Assembly (NCBI GenBank): GCA_036278915.1
Contig: DASUKB010000004.1
Location: forward strand, 9,441 to 73,440
Source: Patescibacteria group bacterium
Lineage (GTDB): Bacteria; Patescibacteriota; Doudnabacteria; UBA920; O2-02-FULL-48-8
Length of the DNA stretch: 64,000 nucleotides
Direction: 5' to 3'
Below the pieces are notes generated by a model that made no database searches, was not told where the DNA came from, and worked only from the letters and a program-made list of their open reading frames with translations. Made by a program: the position numbers and the translations under genes. Below, piece by piece: positions 56,533-64,000 of the stretch (its first letter is position 1; each line of letters starts with the position of its first letter).

Positions 56533-57357
56533 ATGAAATTTTTTCATCTCCTGGCATGCTTCAGCATCATTTTACTTGGATTGGTGAATCTATCAACCAA
56601 TGCCCAAGCGGATTTCGCGCAAACTCCGCAGGCACCGCAAGCACTTAATTTCCCAGCCACCAAAGATGAGTCTTACAACTGGGCAGGCTACGTGTCAGTA
56701 GATGCGGGCGTCTATACGGCGATCTCAGGCACGTGGACCGTGCCAACGCCGACAGATAATGATTATAACTCAGATGCGGCCTGGGTCGGCATTGGCGGCG
56801 TCACTTCGGACGATCTTATCCAGGCTGGGACGCTGAATTCCAATGGCGTCACCGAAAGCTGGTACGAGACTTTGCCAGACGTTATAACGCCATTGCCGCT
56901 GCGGATTTCACCTGGCGACAAAGTGAGTGTGTCGCTGGATTGGTTGTCCGGAAATGTCTGGAAATTGGATTTCCGCAACGATACGACAAATAAAGATTAT
57001 TCTACTTCCATTTATTACGCTTCCTCTTTCTCTTCGGCCGAATGGGTTGAGGAAATGCCCAGCTCAAACTTGGGTCTGATGCCGCTGGATGATTTTGGCG
57101 CGGTTGAGTTTACCTCCGCTACTACTGTAGAGAATGGCAATACAGTCACTATAGACCAATCAGGCGCCCAGCCGATGGATATGGTTAATCCCCAAGGGCA
57201 AGTCCTTGCAAGAGCCTCAACGATCAACCCCGACGGCACAAGTTTTACCGTCAGCCGCACAAACGCGCAAGCTTTAGCCCAAACCCAGAGCCGGTCCCGC
57301 AGGAAGCGTCTGAACAACCAGCAAAATTTCTGGCAATTTATCTTCTCATTCCAGTAA
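56533..57357 (+). CDS. G1-family (eqolisin/scytalidoglutamic-type) glutamic peptidase homologue, secreted
   Basis: YNWAGYV...YTAISGTWTVPT, AAWVGIGG, LIQAGT (Gln) and SAEWVEEM (Glu) align to scytalidoglutamic peptidase catalytic regions. Confidence 0.55.
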   Translation: MKFFHLLACFSIILLGLVNLSTNAQADFAQTPQAPQALNFPATKDESYNWAGYVSVDAGVYTAISGTWTVPTPTDNDYNSDAAWVGIGGVTSDDLIQAGTLNSNGVTESWYETLPDVITPLPLRISPGDKVSVSLDWLSGNVWKLDFRNDTTNKDYSTSIYYASSFSSAEWVEEMPSSNLGLMPLDDFGAVEFTSATTVENGNTVTIDQSGAQPMDMVNPQGQVLARASTINPDGTSFTVSRTNAQALAQTQSRSRRKRLNNQQNFWQFIFSFQ

Positions 57358-57369
57358 ATATCTCCACCA

Positions 57370-57397
57370 AATCCCGCTTCCAAGCGGGATTTTTTAT
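57370..57397 (+). terminator. rho-independent terminator after the peptidase gene
   Basis: atcccgctt-cc-aagcgggat followed by tttttt. Confidence 0.6.
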
Positions 57398-57489
57398 TGT
57401 CTAGGTTCAGATGATGGTGGCCACTCTTAAGTTTGTAAAAGTAATAGTTTATAGTAAATTGGAATGGTTCCACAATCCAAACAGAATTA

Positions 57490-57525
57490 AAAAATTCACC
57501 ACCAGAAGGTGTTGAATTTTTTTGG
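57490..57525. terminator. probable bidirectional terminator
   Basis: aaaaattcaccacc-agaa-ggtgttgaatttttttgg. Confidence 0.45.
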
Positions 57526-57577
57526 CTCTCTGTAGTTGAAAACGTTAGAACTTATTTCAGCAAAGCTTTTGTCTATA

Positions 57578-58195
57578 TCACTTAGTAAAACTTATACTAT
57601 TTAAGAAAGTAGCATATCGAGAATCCTGTGTAGTATCAGCGTTTTGGCGAGTTCCTTGAATCCAATAGAGATGATTATTATAGATAAAGTAATAGTCATC
57701 TAATCCGGGACGATTAGCAGGAAAATCAACTACATGCAGGGCTTTATTACCCACAATTGTGGTGTTAGTATCAGTTGTGCTGTTTGCGTCCAATGTTAAA
57801 GAATATTGTTTATTATTGCTATGTAGAAGCAGTTGCTCTACATCGGTATTATTTGGGAGAGTATTGCTATTATACAAAATTCCTAATGCAAATGTAGGCG
57901 TGCCAGTAGCTGTTATTTCTAATGATCCGTTGGCTAATACTACACTTGATTGAGGAAATACGTTAAAAGACATGCCCCACGGAGTGTACGTATAAGGTAG
58001 CCAAGAGTTTGTATTATTTTCTGCAATCTTTTGGTCATTTGTTTCTGTGATTGAGTAAGGGAAAGTTACTAAAGAGGTATCTGTATTATCAGCACGGTGT
58101 GCAGAATTGTTATTTTTATATTTAAAAACCAAAAACCCTGCCCCAATAATAATCACAAGTACTATAATGGTTATTATTATATTGCGTTTATTCAT
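57578..58195 (-). CDS. hypothetical secreted protein (205 aa), AT-rich
   Basis: N-terminal signal anchor; N/T-rich. Confidence 0.35.
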   Translation of the reverse strand: MNKRNIIITIIVLVIIIGAGFLVFKYKNNNSAHRADNTDTSLVTFPYSITETNDQKIAENNTNSWLPYTYTPWGMSFNVFPQSSVVLANGSLEITATGTPTFALGILYNSNTLPNNTDVEQLLLHSNNKQYSLTLDANSTTDTNTTIVGNKALHVVDFPANRPGLDDYYFIYNNHLYWIQGTRQNADTTQDSRYATFLNSISFTK

Positions 58196-58353
58196 AAGTT
58201 AGTAATTACTAATAAGGAGAAGCAGTGAGGGCAGGAAGTCCTCAGAGAGTTTAGGTTGAATTTCAGCCTAAGTCAAATCAGAGCTTGATATTTAAACCAA
58301 AAATATCTACCGCAAATATCTTGGTATGAAACCTGCTGGACCAGAAAATTTAT

Positions 58354-58382
58354 TTGAACAACACCCCCAAAAAAGCTATAAT
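58354..58382 (+). promoter_or_regulatory. near-consensus sigma70 promoter TTGAAC-17-TATAAT ~45 nt upstream of tRNA-Glu
   Basis: ttgaac at 58354-59, tataat at 58377-82. Confidence 0.4.
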
Positions 58383-58427
58383 ATCGAAGTTAAGTTTGTT
58401 TATTTTGTGAAGCGAATCGCGACGAAT

Positions 58428-58502
58428 GGCGCTATCGTCTAGTGGTTAGGACGGCTGGTTCTCATCCAGCAAACTCGGGTTCGATTCCCGGTAGCGCTGC
58501 CA
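58428..58502 (+). tRNA. tRNA-Glu (anticodon CUC), CCA encoded
   Basis: Cloverleaf: acceptor GGCGCUA/UAGCGCU(G-U at 1:72), D-arm GUCU-AGUGGUUA-GGAC, anticodon arm GCUGG-UUCUCAU-CCAGC, T-arm UCGGG-UUCGAUU-CCCGG, discriminator G + CCA. Confidence 0.8.
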
Positions 58503-58566
58503 ACAAAGGACATTAGCTTCAGCTAGTGTTTTTTGTTATAGTAATTCTATATTATTCGGAAAACTG

Positions 58567-59787
58567 ATGAATATTTTTCCAGAAAAATTGAGTTGGAAAT
58601 TGTCTACACTTTACACCACATTGGTCCTTGTTATCCTGGGGACTTCAAGTCTTTTTATGTACCGATATCTTGCTTCGAGAACACAAATCAAAACACCTAC
58701 GAATCTCACACCTTCAACTTCGCCACAGACCCAAACTCCAACCGACTCAACTGGAACGACAAGCTACCTGGATACATCATTTGATTTGGGAAAATGCAAA
58801 ACTACTATGCCTGTGGTGCCAAGCAAATCGGGACAAGTACAATGGATCGAGCCAAAATATCAACCGGATATGAAAATATTCGAATCTGGCGATATGGGAA
58901 ATGACTACTTGGGCGGAGAAGCAAGTTACTTAGTAGGCCGCGTAATGTCCGGTAAATATAAAGGCGGAGATGTATTTCTTACTACTGTTCCTTACGCTGG
59001 TTTTTTCGGATCAGAACAGTACGATCATGAAATAAAACTTAACGGTAAAATTTATTATCTGTCAAAATACTCGGAAGACGATTTAGACAATAAAAACTCA
59101 GAAGTTACTCCATTAAAAAATGTAACTATCGATAAGCAGTTCGATTTAATTGATTTAGATTTGCCGCAAATTATTCATCTTGACAATCCTGTCGTCGATT
59201 TAGTCCAACTCCCCCCATATTTCGGTTTCACGCAATACGCGGACCAGCGCTTCTGTGGCGACAATAAGGTGCAAAGTTTTTATGATAATTCCGTAGACGT
59301 CATCTATACTCTTAATGACGCGGGCCGGGCAAATCTTTTCAAGGAAAATAAATCCACACCCACGAGCTATTATGTGAAAGCGCCGGATAGCACGCAGCGA
59401 GTATACGTTATCAAGCCTAGTTTTATGCAGAACAACGACATCCCGTCTATCACATGGAATGATATTGGCGTGAATACGCAAAAGTACACATATCAAAATA
59501 TGACTGGTTGCGGTCCGCTGGCTTTTACTGATATCTCAAACGTCTACCCGTCAGATCTGATCCAGACTGGGACCACGTCGGATAACCAAACAGTATTTGA
59601 GTACAAAGACTCCAATAACTCAGGATTAAAAGAGGTTTATAATAAAACTGACATGTACGAACCAAATCTCAAACCAAGTTATGACGTTTTCAAATCAAAT
59701 CATCCGGTGTTTTTTTGGAAAGACCCATTCGGTTATTATGTGCGTTTTATCAACGAACAATATGAAGCATCAGCCTATTGCGGATAA
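58567..59787 (+). CDS. hypothetical membrane-anchored/secreted protein (406 aa), AT-rich
   Basis: N-terminal TM, S/T/P/Q-rich linker; no motif recognised. Confidence 0.4.
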   Translation: MNIFPEKLSWKLSTLYTTLVLVILGTSSLFMYRYLASRTQIKTPTNLTPSTSPQTQTPTDSTGTTSYLDTSFDLGKCKTTMPVVPSKSGQVQWIEPKYQPDMKIFESGDMGNDYLGGEASYLVGRVMSGKYKGGDVFLTTVPYAGFFGSEQYDHEIKLNGKIYYLSKYSEDDLDNKNSEVTPLKNVTIDKQFDLIDLDLPQIIHLDNPVVDLVQLPPYFGFTQYADQRFCGDNKVQSFYDNSVDVIYTLNDAGRANLFKENKSTPTSYYVKAPDSTQRVYVIKPSFMQNNDIPSITWNDIGVNTQKYTYQNMTGCGPLAFTDISNVYPSDLIQTGTTSDNQTVFEYKDSNNSGLKEVYNKTDMYEPNLKPSYDVFKSNHPVFFWKDPFGYYVRFINEQYEASAYCG

Positions 59788-59879
59788 TTAAGCTAGGAAT
59801 TTCTGCTGGTGATTTGCCTGATTTACTCTTCCACGCATAAGAGTTAATATACAACCAACAAGTAACCCCGCCCAAATTT

Positions 59880-60176
59880 ATGCCAATGGAAACCATCCTC
59901 CCAGGTGTGCCGGAAATAAACGAAAGTTCGGATCCAGTATTGGATCATTTAGTGGAATTGCGTACGCGTCTGATTACCCAAGGAGATGTTGAGTCCACTA
60001 TTGAGGAGCTGCGCTGGTATATGGGTCTGCGCGACTCCGCGGAATCCATCCAGCCCGAGGATCGCATTGTTTGGAAACAGCTGCATGGCGTGTACCAGGA
60101 TCTTTCGGATGAGCAAATCTTACGGCTCATAAACGAGTTGGACAAAACGGAATCCGGCGATTACATCAACCAATAA
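59880..60176 (+). CDS. hypothetical protein (98 aa)
   Basis: ORF followed by strong terminator. Confidence 0.35.
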   Translation: MPMETILPGVPEINESSDPVLDHLVELRTRLITQGDVESTIEELRWYMGLRDSAESIQPEDRIVWKQLHGVYQDLSDEQILRLINELDKTESGDYINQ

Positions 60177-60183
60177 CTACATA

Positions 60184-60212
60184 AAAACCCAAGACAACGT
60201 CTTGGGTTTTTA
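60184..60212. terminator. bidirectional terminator (10-bp perfect stem) between convergent genes
   Basis: aacccaagac-aac-gtcttgggtt + ttttt. Confidence 0.6.
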
Positions 60213-60641
60213 TGATGCCTGCGGCGGATTAAAAAGCTTTTTGAGCATCCAGCCGGTGTAGGCGCCCAGAAGGCTTACCCCAACGGCCACCAGGCCAGTC
60301 GTAATTTCCGAGATATGGCCTCCGGTACGCAAGATCGCCATCGCAGGAAGCCCCAAGCCCATGATAATGCCGTAAAGCCACGGTTTGGAGGCGGCCATAA
60401 TGCTGACTATGAAGCTTGCGGCCAGAAGCATGGCCACAGTTACGGCTGTGTCGGTCCGATGCAAATCAGAAAAACCGACATAAGCCGAGAGTACTATGGC
60501 AAGCAGAATTGTCAGGGGTGTTCTCATAGCATAAGTGTAGGAGTCGGGCCTACGTTCGTCAAACCTAATCCCCAGTTTTGATTCGCCTAGGGTAAACAAC
60601 GATTTTGTTATCCATAGTTGATCAAAACTGGGGCTGGGCAA
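60210..60641 (-). CDS. hypothetical membrane protein (143 aa)
   Basis: 3-4 TM helices. Confidence 0.4.
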   Translation of the reverse strand: MPSPSFDQLWITKSLFTLGESKLGIRFDERRPDSYTYAMRTPLTILLAIVLSAYVGFSDLHRTDTAVTVAMLLAASFIVSIMAASKPWLYGIIMGLGLPAMAILRTGGHISEITTGLVAVGVSLLGAYTGWMLKKLFNPPQAS

Positions 60642-60675
60642 ATTAGAATTTTTGCTGTAAAATAAAAATAAGCCA

Positions 60676-61488
60676 ATGTATATAATTTTCGATATTGGCG
60701 GTACCTATACCAGATTCGCCTCGTCTTTAGACGGTGCCACCATAATAGACACAAAAATTGAACCCACCCCGCAGAACCTAGACGAAGCCGTGTTGCTTTA
60801 CAAAAAGCTCGTGACGGATCTTTCGCATGGGCAGAAAATCGACGCGCTTGCCGGCGGTGTTCCCGGGCCACTCAATCCGGAGAAAACCATGCTCGTTAAC
60901 GCCCCACATCTGCGCAACTGGATAAACAAGCCTTTAGACCAGCGGTTCCGCCGCATAGCAGACTGCCCCGTGTTTTTTGAAAATGACTCGGCACTGGCAG
61001 CATTGGGCGAAGGCACAAAAGGCGCTGGCACGGGCTATCGAGTGGTCGCATACATCGGCGTCGGCACTGGCGTCGGAGGCGCGCGCGTGGTCAATCAGCA
61101 GATAGATGTTTCAAGCATCGGGTTTGAGCCAGGCGACATGATTATCGATGAAGGCAATACTTTGGAGTCATTCATCTCCGGCAATACCATTAAAGAAAAA
61201 TACGGAAAAAAAGCTTCCGAAATGGAGAATGAAACTTTTTGGCGCGACTTCGAAGCCAAACTGACTCTGGGACTTAACAATGTAACAGTCATGTGGTCAC
61301 CGGATATTATAGTACTCGGCGGTGGCGTAGGACAGTGCCCGCAAGTATCCGTAGACAGAATTATGCTGTCTATGTACCGGCGGCTGACAATTTACCCGAA
61401 ATTGCCGCGCGTGCTTAAAGCCACACTTGGCGACCACGCGGCTCTGCTCGGATCGTTGACTTATCTGTCGCAAAAACTTGGAAAATAA
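60676..61488 (+). CDS. ROK-family sugar kinase (glucokinase-like)
   Basis: IFDIGGTYTRFA N-terminal ATPase motif; YIGVGTGVGGARVVN ROK signature region. Confidence 0.6.
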   Translation: MYIIFDIGGTYTRFASSLDGATIIDTKIEPTPQNLDEAVLLYKKLVTDLSHGQKIDALAGGVPGPLNPEKTMLVNAPHLRNWINKPLDQRFRRIADCPVFFENDSALAALGEGTKGAGTGYRVVAYIGVGTGVGGARVVNQQIDVSSIGFEPGDMIIDEGNTLESFISGNTIKEKYGKKASEMENETFWRDFEAKLTLGLNNVTVMWSPDIIVLGGGVGQCPQVSVDRIMLSMYRRLTIYPKLPRVLKATLGDHAALLGSLTYLSQKLGK

Positions 61489-61490
61489 AT

Positions 61491-63212
61491 TTAGCGAGAC
61501 GGGGGGATTTGCAGATAATTTAAAATGAAACTTGCTATATCGCCGAATGCCGGAGCCGCGGTTGATTCGGCGAATTTGACGTCCTTGGGATCGTTAATGC
61601 GCACCAACATCAAGAATACCGGATTATCTACCGGTCCAAATCCTATAAACGTGCCAATATTGCGGGAGGGGTCATACCCGGCCCTGTCAGTGTAAGCCAC
61701 CTGAGCCGTACCTGTCTTGCCGCCAATATAGTAGCCAGGCACGCCAGCCTGTTTGCCGTGGCCGTTTTCCACCACGTCCACAAGCATGGCCGAAACCGTA
61801 GCCGCGGTTTTGGCGCTTATCACCTGACCCGCAGGCTGCGGTTCTTTTTGGATCACACTTCCGTCCGGATGGACGATTTTGTCTACAACGTAAGGCTTCA
61901 CCATTTGCCCGCCGTTGGCAAAGGCGGTGTAGGCTTGAATCAACTGCATGGAGGTCACGCTTATACCCTGGCCAAATGACGCTGTCGCGTAAAAAATATT
62001 TCCTGCATTATTCAGCTGGCTCAAATTCCCCGCTGATTCACCCGGCAAATCAATTCCTGTGGTTTTGCCAAACCCGAACTTCTCTACATATTGCCGGAAC
62101 GTGTCCTGCCCAAGCAACTGCTGCACGTACACTGCGCCGGTATTGAGCGACTCGTCCAGTACCTGCGTCATAGTCTGTGTGCCCAAAGGCGCGGGATTGG
62201 AATTTTTTATGACGCGATCGTCCACCTGTACGGAACCGGTGTCGTTGTAGGTCGATTGCGGAGTAATTTTTCCTTCGTTTATACCCGCGGCTAAAGTTAT
62301 AGCCTTAAACACCGAGCCCGGTTCATAATCGGAATAAATCACATCGTTGTTGTATTGCGAAACCGAGTCAACCTGGCTGTAATTATTCGGGTCAAAATCA
62401 GGATAATTGGCCATGGCCATAATCGCGCCGGTTTTAGGATTGACCACGATAACGCTGCCAGAATCCGCGCCATGCGTCTGCACCGTGGAATCCAGCACCT
62501 GCTGGGCTTTAAACTGAATTGACGGATCAATCGTTAAGTAAATATCGTTGCCGTCCACGGGTCCGGTTTCGGTGCCGGCGTCGCTGGCCACGCCGTCATG
62601 ACCGGCTAAATCTGTTTGAAAGCCGCCTTCCACGCCGTACTGTCCCACGCGGTCATCGCCCTTGTATCCCAAAAATCCCAGAACCTGGCTGGCCAAGTTT
62701 GCCTGCGGATACAGACGGACGGACTCAGGCGTCAGATGGATGCCTGTCAGGTTTAATTTTTGTATCTGTTTGGATTGATCATCCGTTAAATTATGCTTCA
62801 ATGGCAGATATTTCTGGTTGCCGACCTTTATATCAGTCAGCACGTCGGCCGCATTCAGACCCAAAATCGGGGCCAACTCCATAGCCGCCAATTCCTCGTC
62901 ATCTGCTGTCATCTGGCTTGCATTGGCAAATACTAAATTTTGGTTGACGTTGGTGGCCGCGAGCATAGGCTGACCGCCCGATTTGGCATTGGAAAAATAA
63001 ATTTCGCCGCGCTTGGCCGGGATGACATTAAATTTCCCGTACTGGCCCGCGGCCTGGGCCAGGTACAAGGCGTGTTCTGTAATCTGCAAGTGGAACAGCC
63101 GGAAACCCAACAGACCCACGAACAGCGTAATCAATCCCATTAACAAAAAAACTCTTATTCGGTAAATATAAGAATCAGCTTGCGCGTTGTTTCGGGAGCC
63201 GTTTCTAATCAT
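61491..63212 (-). CDS. ftsI: penicillin-binding protein 2 / FtsI-type transpeptidase
   Basis: N-terminal TM + dimerisation domain; SVFK (SxxK), KTGTA motifs. Confidence 0.85.
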   Translation of the reverse strand: MIRNGSRNNAQADSYIYRIRVFLLMGLITLFVGLLGFRLFHLQITEHALYLAQAAGQYGKFNVIPAKRGEIYFSNAKSGGQPMLAATNVNQNLVFANASQMTADDEELAAMELAPILGLNAADVLTDIKVGNQKYLPLKHNLTDDQSKQIQKLNLTGIHLTPESVRLYPQANLASQVLGFLGYKGDDRVGQYGVEGGFQTDLAGHDGVASDAGTETGPVDGNDIYLTIDPSIQFKAQQVLDSTVQTHGADSGSVIVVNPKTGAIMAMANYPDFDPNNYSQVDSVSQYNNDVIYSDYEPGSVFKAITLAAGINEGKITPQSTYNDTGSVQVDDRVIKNSNPAPLGTQTMTQVLDESLNTGAVYVQQLLGQDTFRQYVEKFGFGKTTGIDLPGESAGNLSQLNNAGNIFYATASFGQGISVTSMQLIQAYTAFANGGQMVKPYVVDKIVHPDGSVIQKEPQPAGQVISAKTAATVSAMLVDVVENGHGKQAGVPGYYIGGKTGTAQVAYTDRAGYDPSRNIGTFIGFGPVDNPVFLMLVRINDPKDVKFAESTAAPAFGDIASFILNYLQIPPSR

Positions 63213-63526
63213 TTGTTTAGAGCAACGTTGTCGGCCTTAAGGTACGTGATTTTACCGGCGGGCACAAAATCCAGCTGGACAGATTCGGCCTGTAGAGTAG
63301 ATACAGACTGCAGGCTTGAGTTTTGAAGTTCCAGCTTCTGGTGCTGATCCTCCAAATCCGAAATCTGTGCGGATAATTTTTTCGTATTAAAATTTTCCGT
63401 AGCCATGGAAATGGTGCCATAAACATAGACCGCGCCCATTGCGAGGATGATTGCCAAAAGACACAGATTGGTACGAAGCACGGTTATTTTTGGTTTTCGA
63501 AAATTTTCATGTGCAGAAATTGTCAT
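63209..63526 (-). CDS. ftsL: FtsL-like cell-division protein
   Basis: 105 aa, single TM followed by coiled coil; located between rsmH and ftsI. Confidence 0.55.
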   Translation of the reverse strand: MTISAHENFRKPKITVLRTNLCLLAIILAMGAVYVYGTISMATENFNTKKLSAQISDLEDQHQKLELQNSSLQSVSTLQAESVQLDFVPAGKITYLKADNVALNK

Positions 63527-63563
63527 TGTCGCCGCCTTGTTTATTTTTTAAATAATTTATATT

Positions 63564-64000
63564 TTAAACTTTTTGCGCCACCCGCAGTTTGGCCGGAAAG
63601 CTTCTAGGATTTTCCGCCCGTTCTTGCTCCGAGGCCGTGACTGGCTTTTTTGTCAGGACCCGGAGTCTGGGATTGTGCTCGCAAACGCATTGCGGAAATT
63701 CAGGCGGACATACGCAACCCCTTGATTCTTGAACGAAAAATCTCTTTACTATGCGATCCTCAAGCGAATGAAACGAGATTACAAGCATTCTCCCGCCGGG
63801 AACCAAAAGTTCGGCAATTTCAGGCAGGGCAGTTGTGAGATTGGATAATTCCCCGTTAACTTCGATGCGCAAAGCTTGGAATATACGCCGCGCGGAGTCT
63901 GCGGCCTTGTGTTTTATTGGTTTAGGCAGGGCCTCGTGGATTATCTCAAACAGTTCGGAAGTTTTTGAGACAGCTGTCTTGCTTCGGTGTTGGACAATTT
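63564..64000 (-). CDS. rsmH: 16S rRNA (cytosine1402-N4)-methyltransferase RsmH, C-terminal part (5' end beyond window)
   Basis: RIFQALRIEVN and ISFHSLEDRIVK motifs; reading frame stays open to the window edge. Confidence 0.8.
   Translation of the reverse strand, partial: IVQHRSKTAVSKTSELFEIIHEALPKPIKHKAADSARRIFQALRIEVNGELSNLTTALPEIAELLVPGGRMLVISFHSLEDRIVKRFFVQESRGCVCPPEFPQCVCEHNPRLRVLTKKPVTASEQERAENPRSFPAKLRVAQKV

Noticed and set aside
58503-60700. Searched downstream of tRNA-Glu for a direct repeat of the tRNA 3' end (integrase att site)
   Set aside because: No copy of the tRNA 3' 15-20 nt and no integrase found. AT-rich secreted genes nearby are compositionally odd, but there is no evidence for an integrated element.
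1-64000. CRISPR arrays, rRNA genes, IS transposases
   Set aside because: No regularly spaced direct repeats, no rRNA-like conserved stretches and no transposase-like ORFs were detected by eye.

Overview
The window is a gene-dense (~90% coding) segment of a small-genome bacterium, possibly Patescibacteria/CPR-like. That assignment is an inference from content only: AlaRS lacking the C-terminal domain, short AspRS and RmlA, a standalone Ogt C-domain, many secreted or membrane hypothetical proteins. Bulk GC is roughly 45-52%. Most genes are on the minus strand.

Main blocks, left to right:
- **1-6.2 kb:** hypothetical membrane protein, an archaeal-type cupin phosphoglucose isomerase, alaS and a CtpA-family S41 protease.
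- **6.2-12.3 kb:** a Wzx/Wzy-type polysaccharide cluster (two GT2, Wzy-like polymerase, GT4, Wzx flippase), with a small GC-rich ORF between the two GT2 genes.
- **12.4-17.8 kb:** DedA, a coiled-coil lytic transglycosylase, rarA, a lipoprotein-like protein, and a SET-domain protein in an operon with a YdeN-like serine hydrolase.
- **17.8-19.8 kb:** a GC-rich island with a histidine phosphatase and two small membrane proteins. All three have near-consensus sigma70 promoters and strong AGGAGG Shine-Dalgarno sequences.
- **19.9-22.0 kb:** an ABC-2 exporter pair.
- **22.1-27.8 kb:** an operon galE -> DPM-synthase-like GT2 -> subtilisin S8 protease -> secreted repeat protein.
- **28.0-33.9 kb:** a sortase locus. 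Two surface proteins, one of 969 aa with DUF11 repeats, carry a non-canonical APxTG sorting signal, followed by a TM helix and a basic tail. The sortase itself has Ca-binding DxDxDG repeats.
- **34.0-44.8 kb:** a CAP-domain protein, a CE4 deacetylase, rmlBCDA, a HIT protein, a catalytically dead HtrA-like protein, a standalone Ogt C-domain, lgt and a PolB-like DEDD exonuclease.
- **44.9-46.4 kb:** a low-GC type II R-M pair (C5-MTase + HNH endonuclease).
- **46.6-47.7 kb:** an orphan sigma54-activator-like AAA+/HTH protein with a degenerate GAFTGA motif (GAYTDA).
- **47.8-51.4 kb:** aspS, then a small AbrB/MazE-like gene and a YbaK-like deacylase bracketed by GC-rich structured hairpin repeats and an 18-bp perfect palindrome, then scpA and scpB.
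- **51.8-56.4 kb:** a CdaR-family regulator with a glycoside hydrolase/transporter locus (GH5-like, EamA, GH1).
- **56.5-60.6 kb:** a G1 (eqolisin-type) glutamic peptidase homologue, tRNA-Glu(CUC) and AT-rich secreted hypothetical proteins.
- **60.7-64.0 kb:** a ROK kinase and the start of a dcw cluster (rsmH partial, ftsL, ftsI/PBP2).

Several intrinsic terminators, sigma70-like promoters and a recurrent AT-rich TAGTAATTA-type motif upstream of start codons are visible. No CRISPR array, rRNA or obvious transposase was found.
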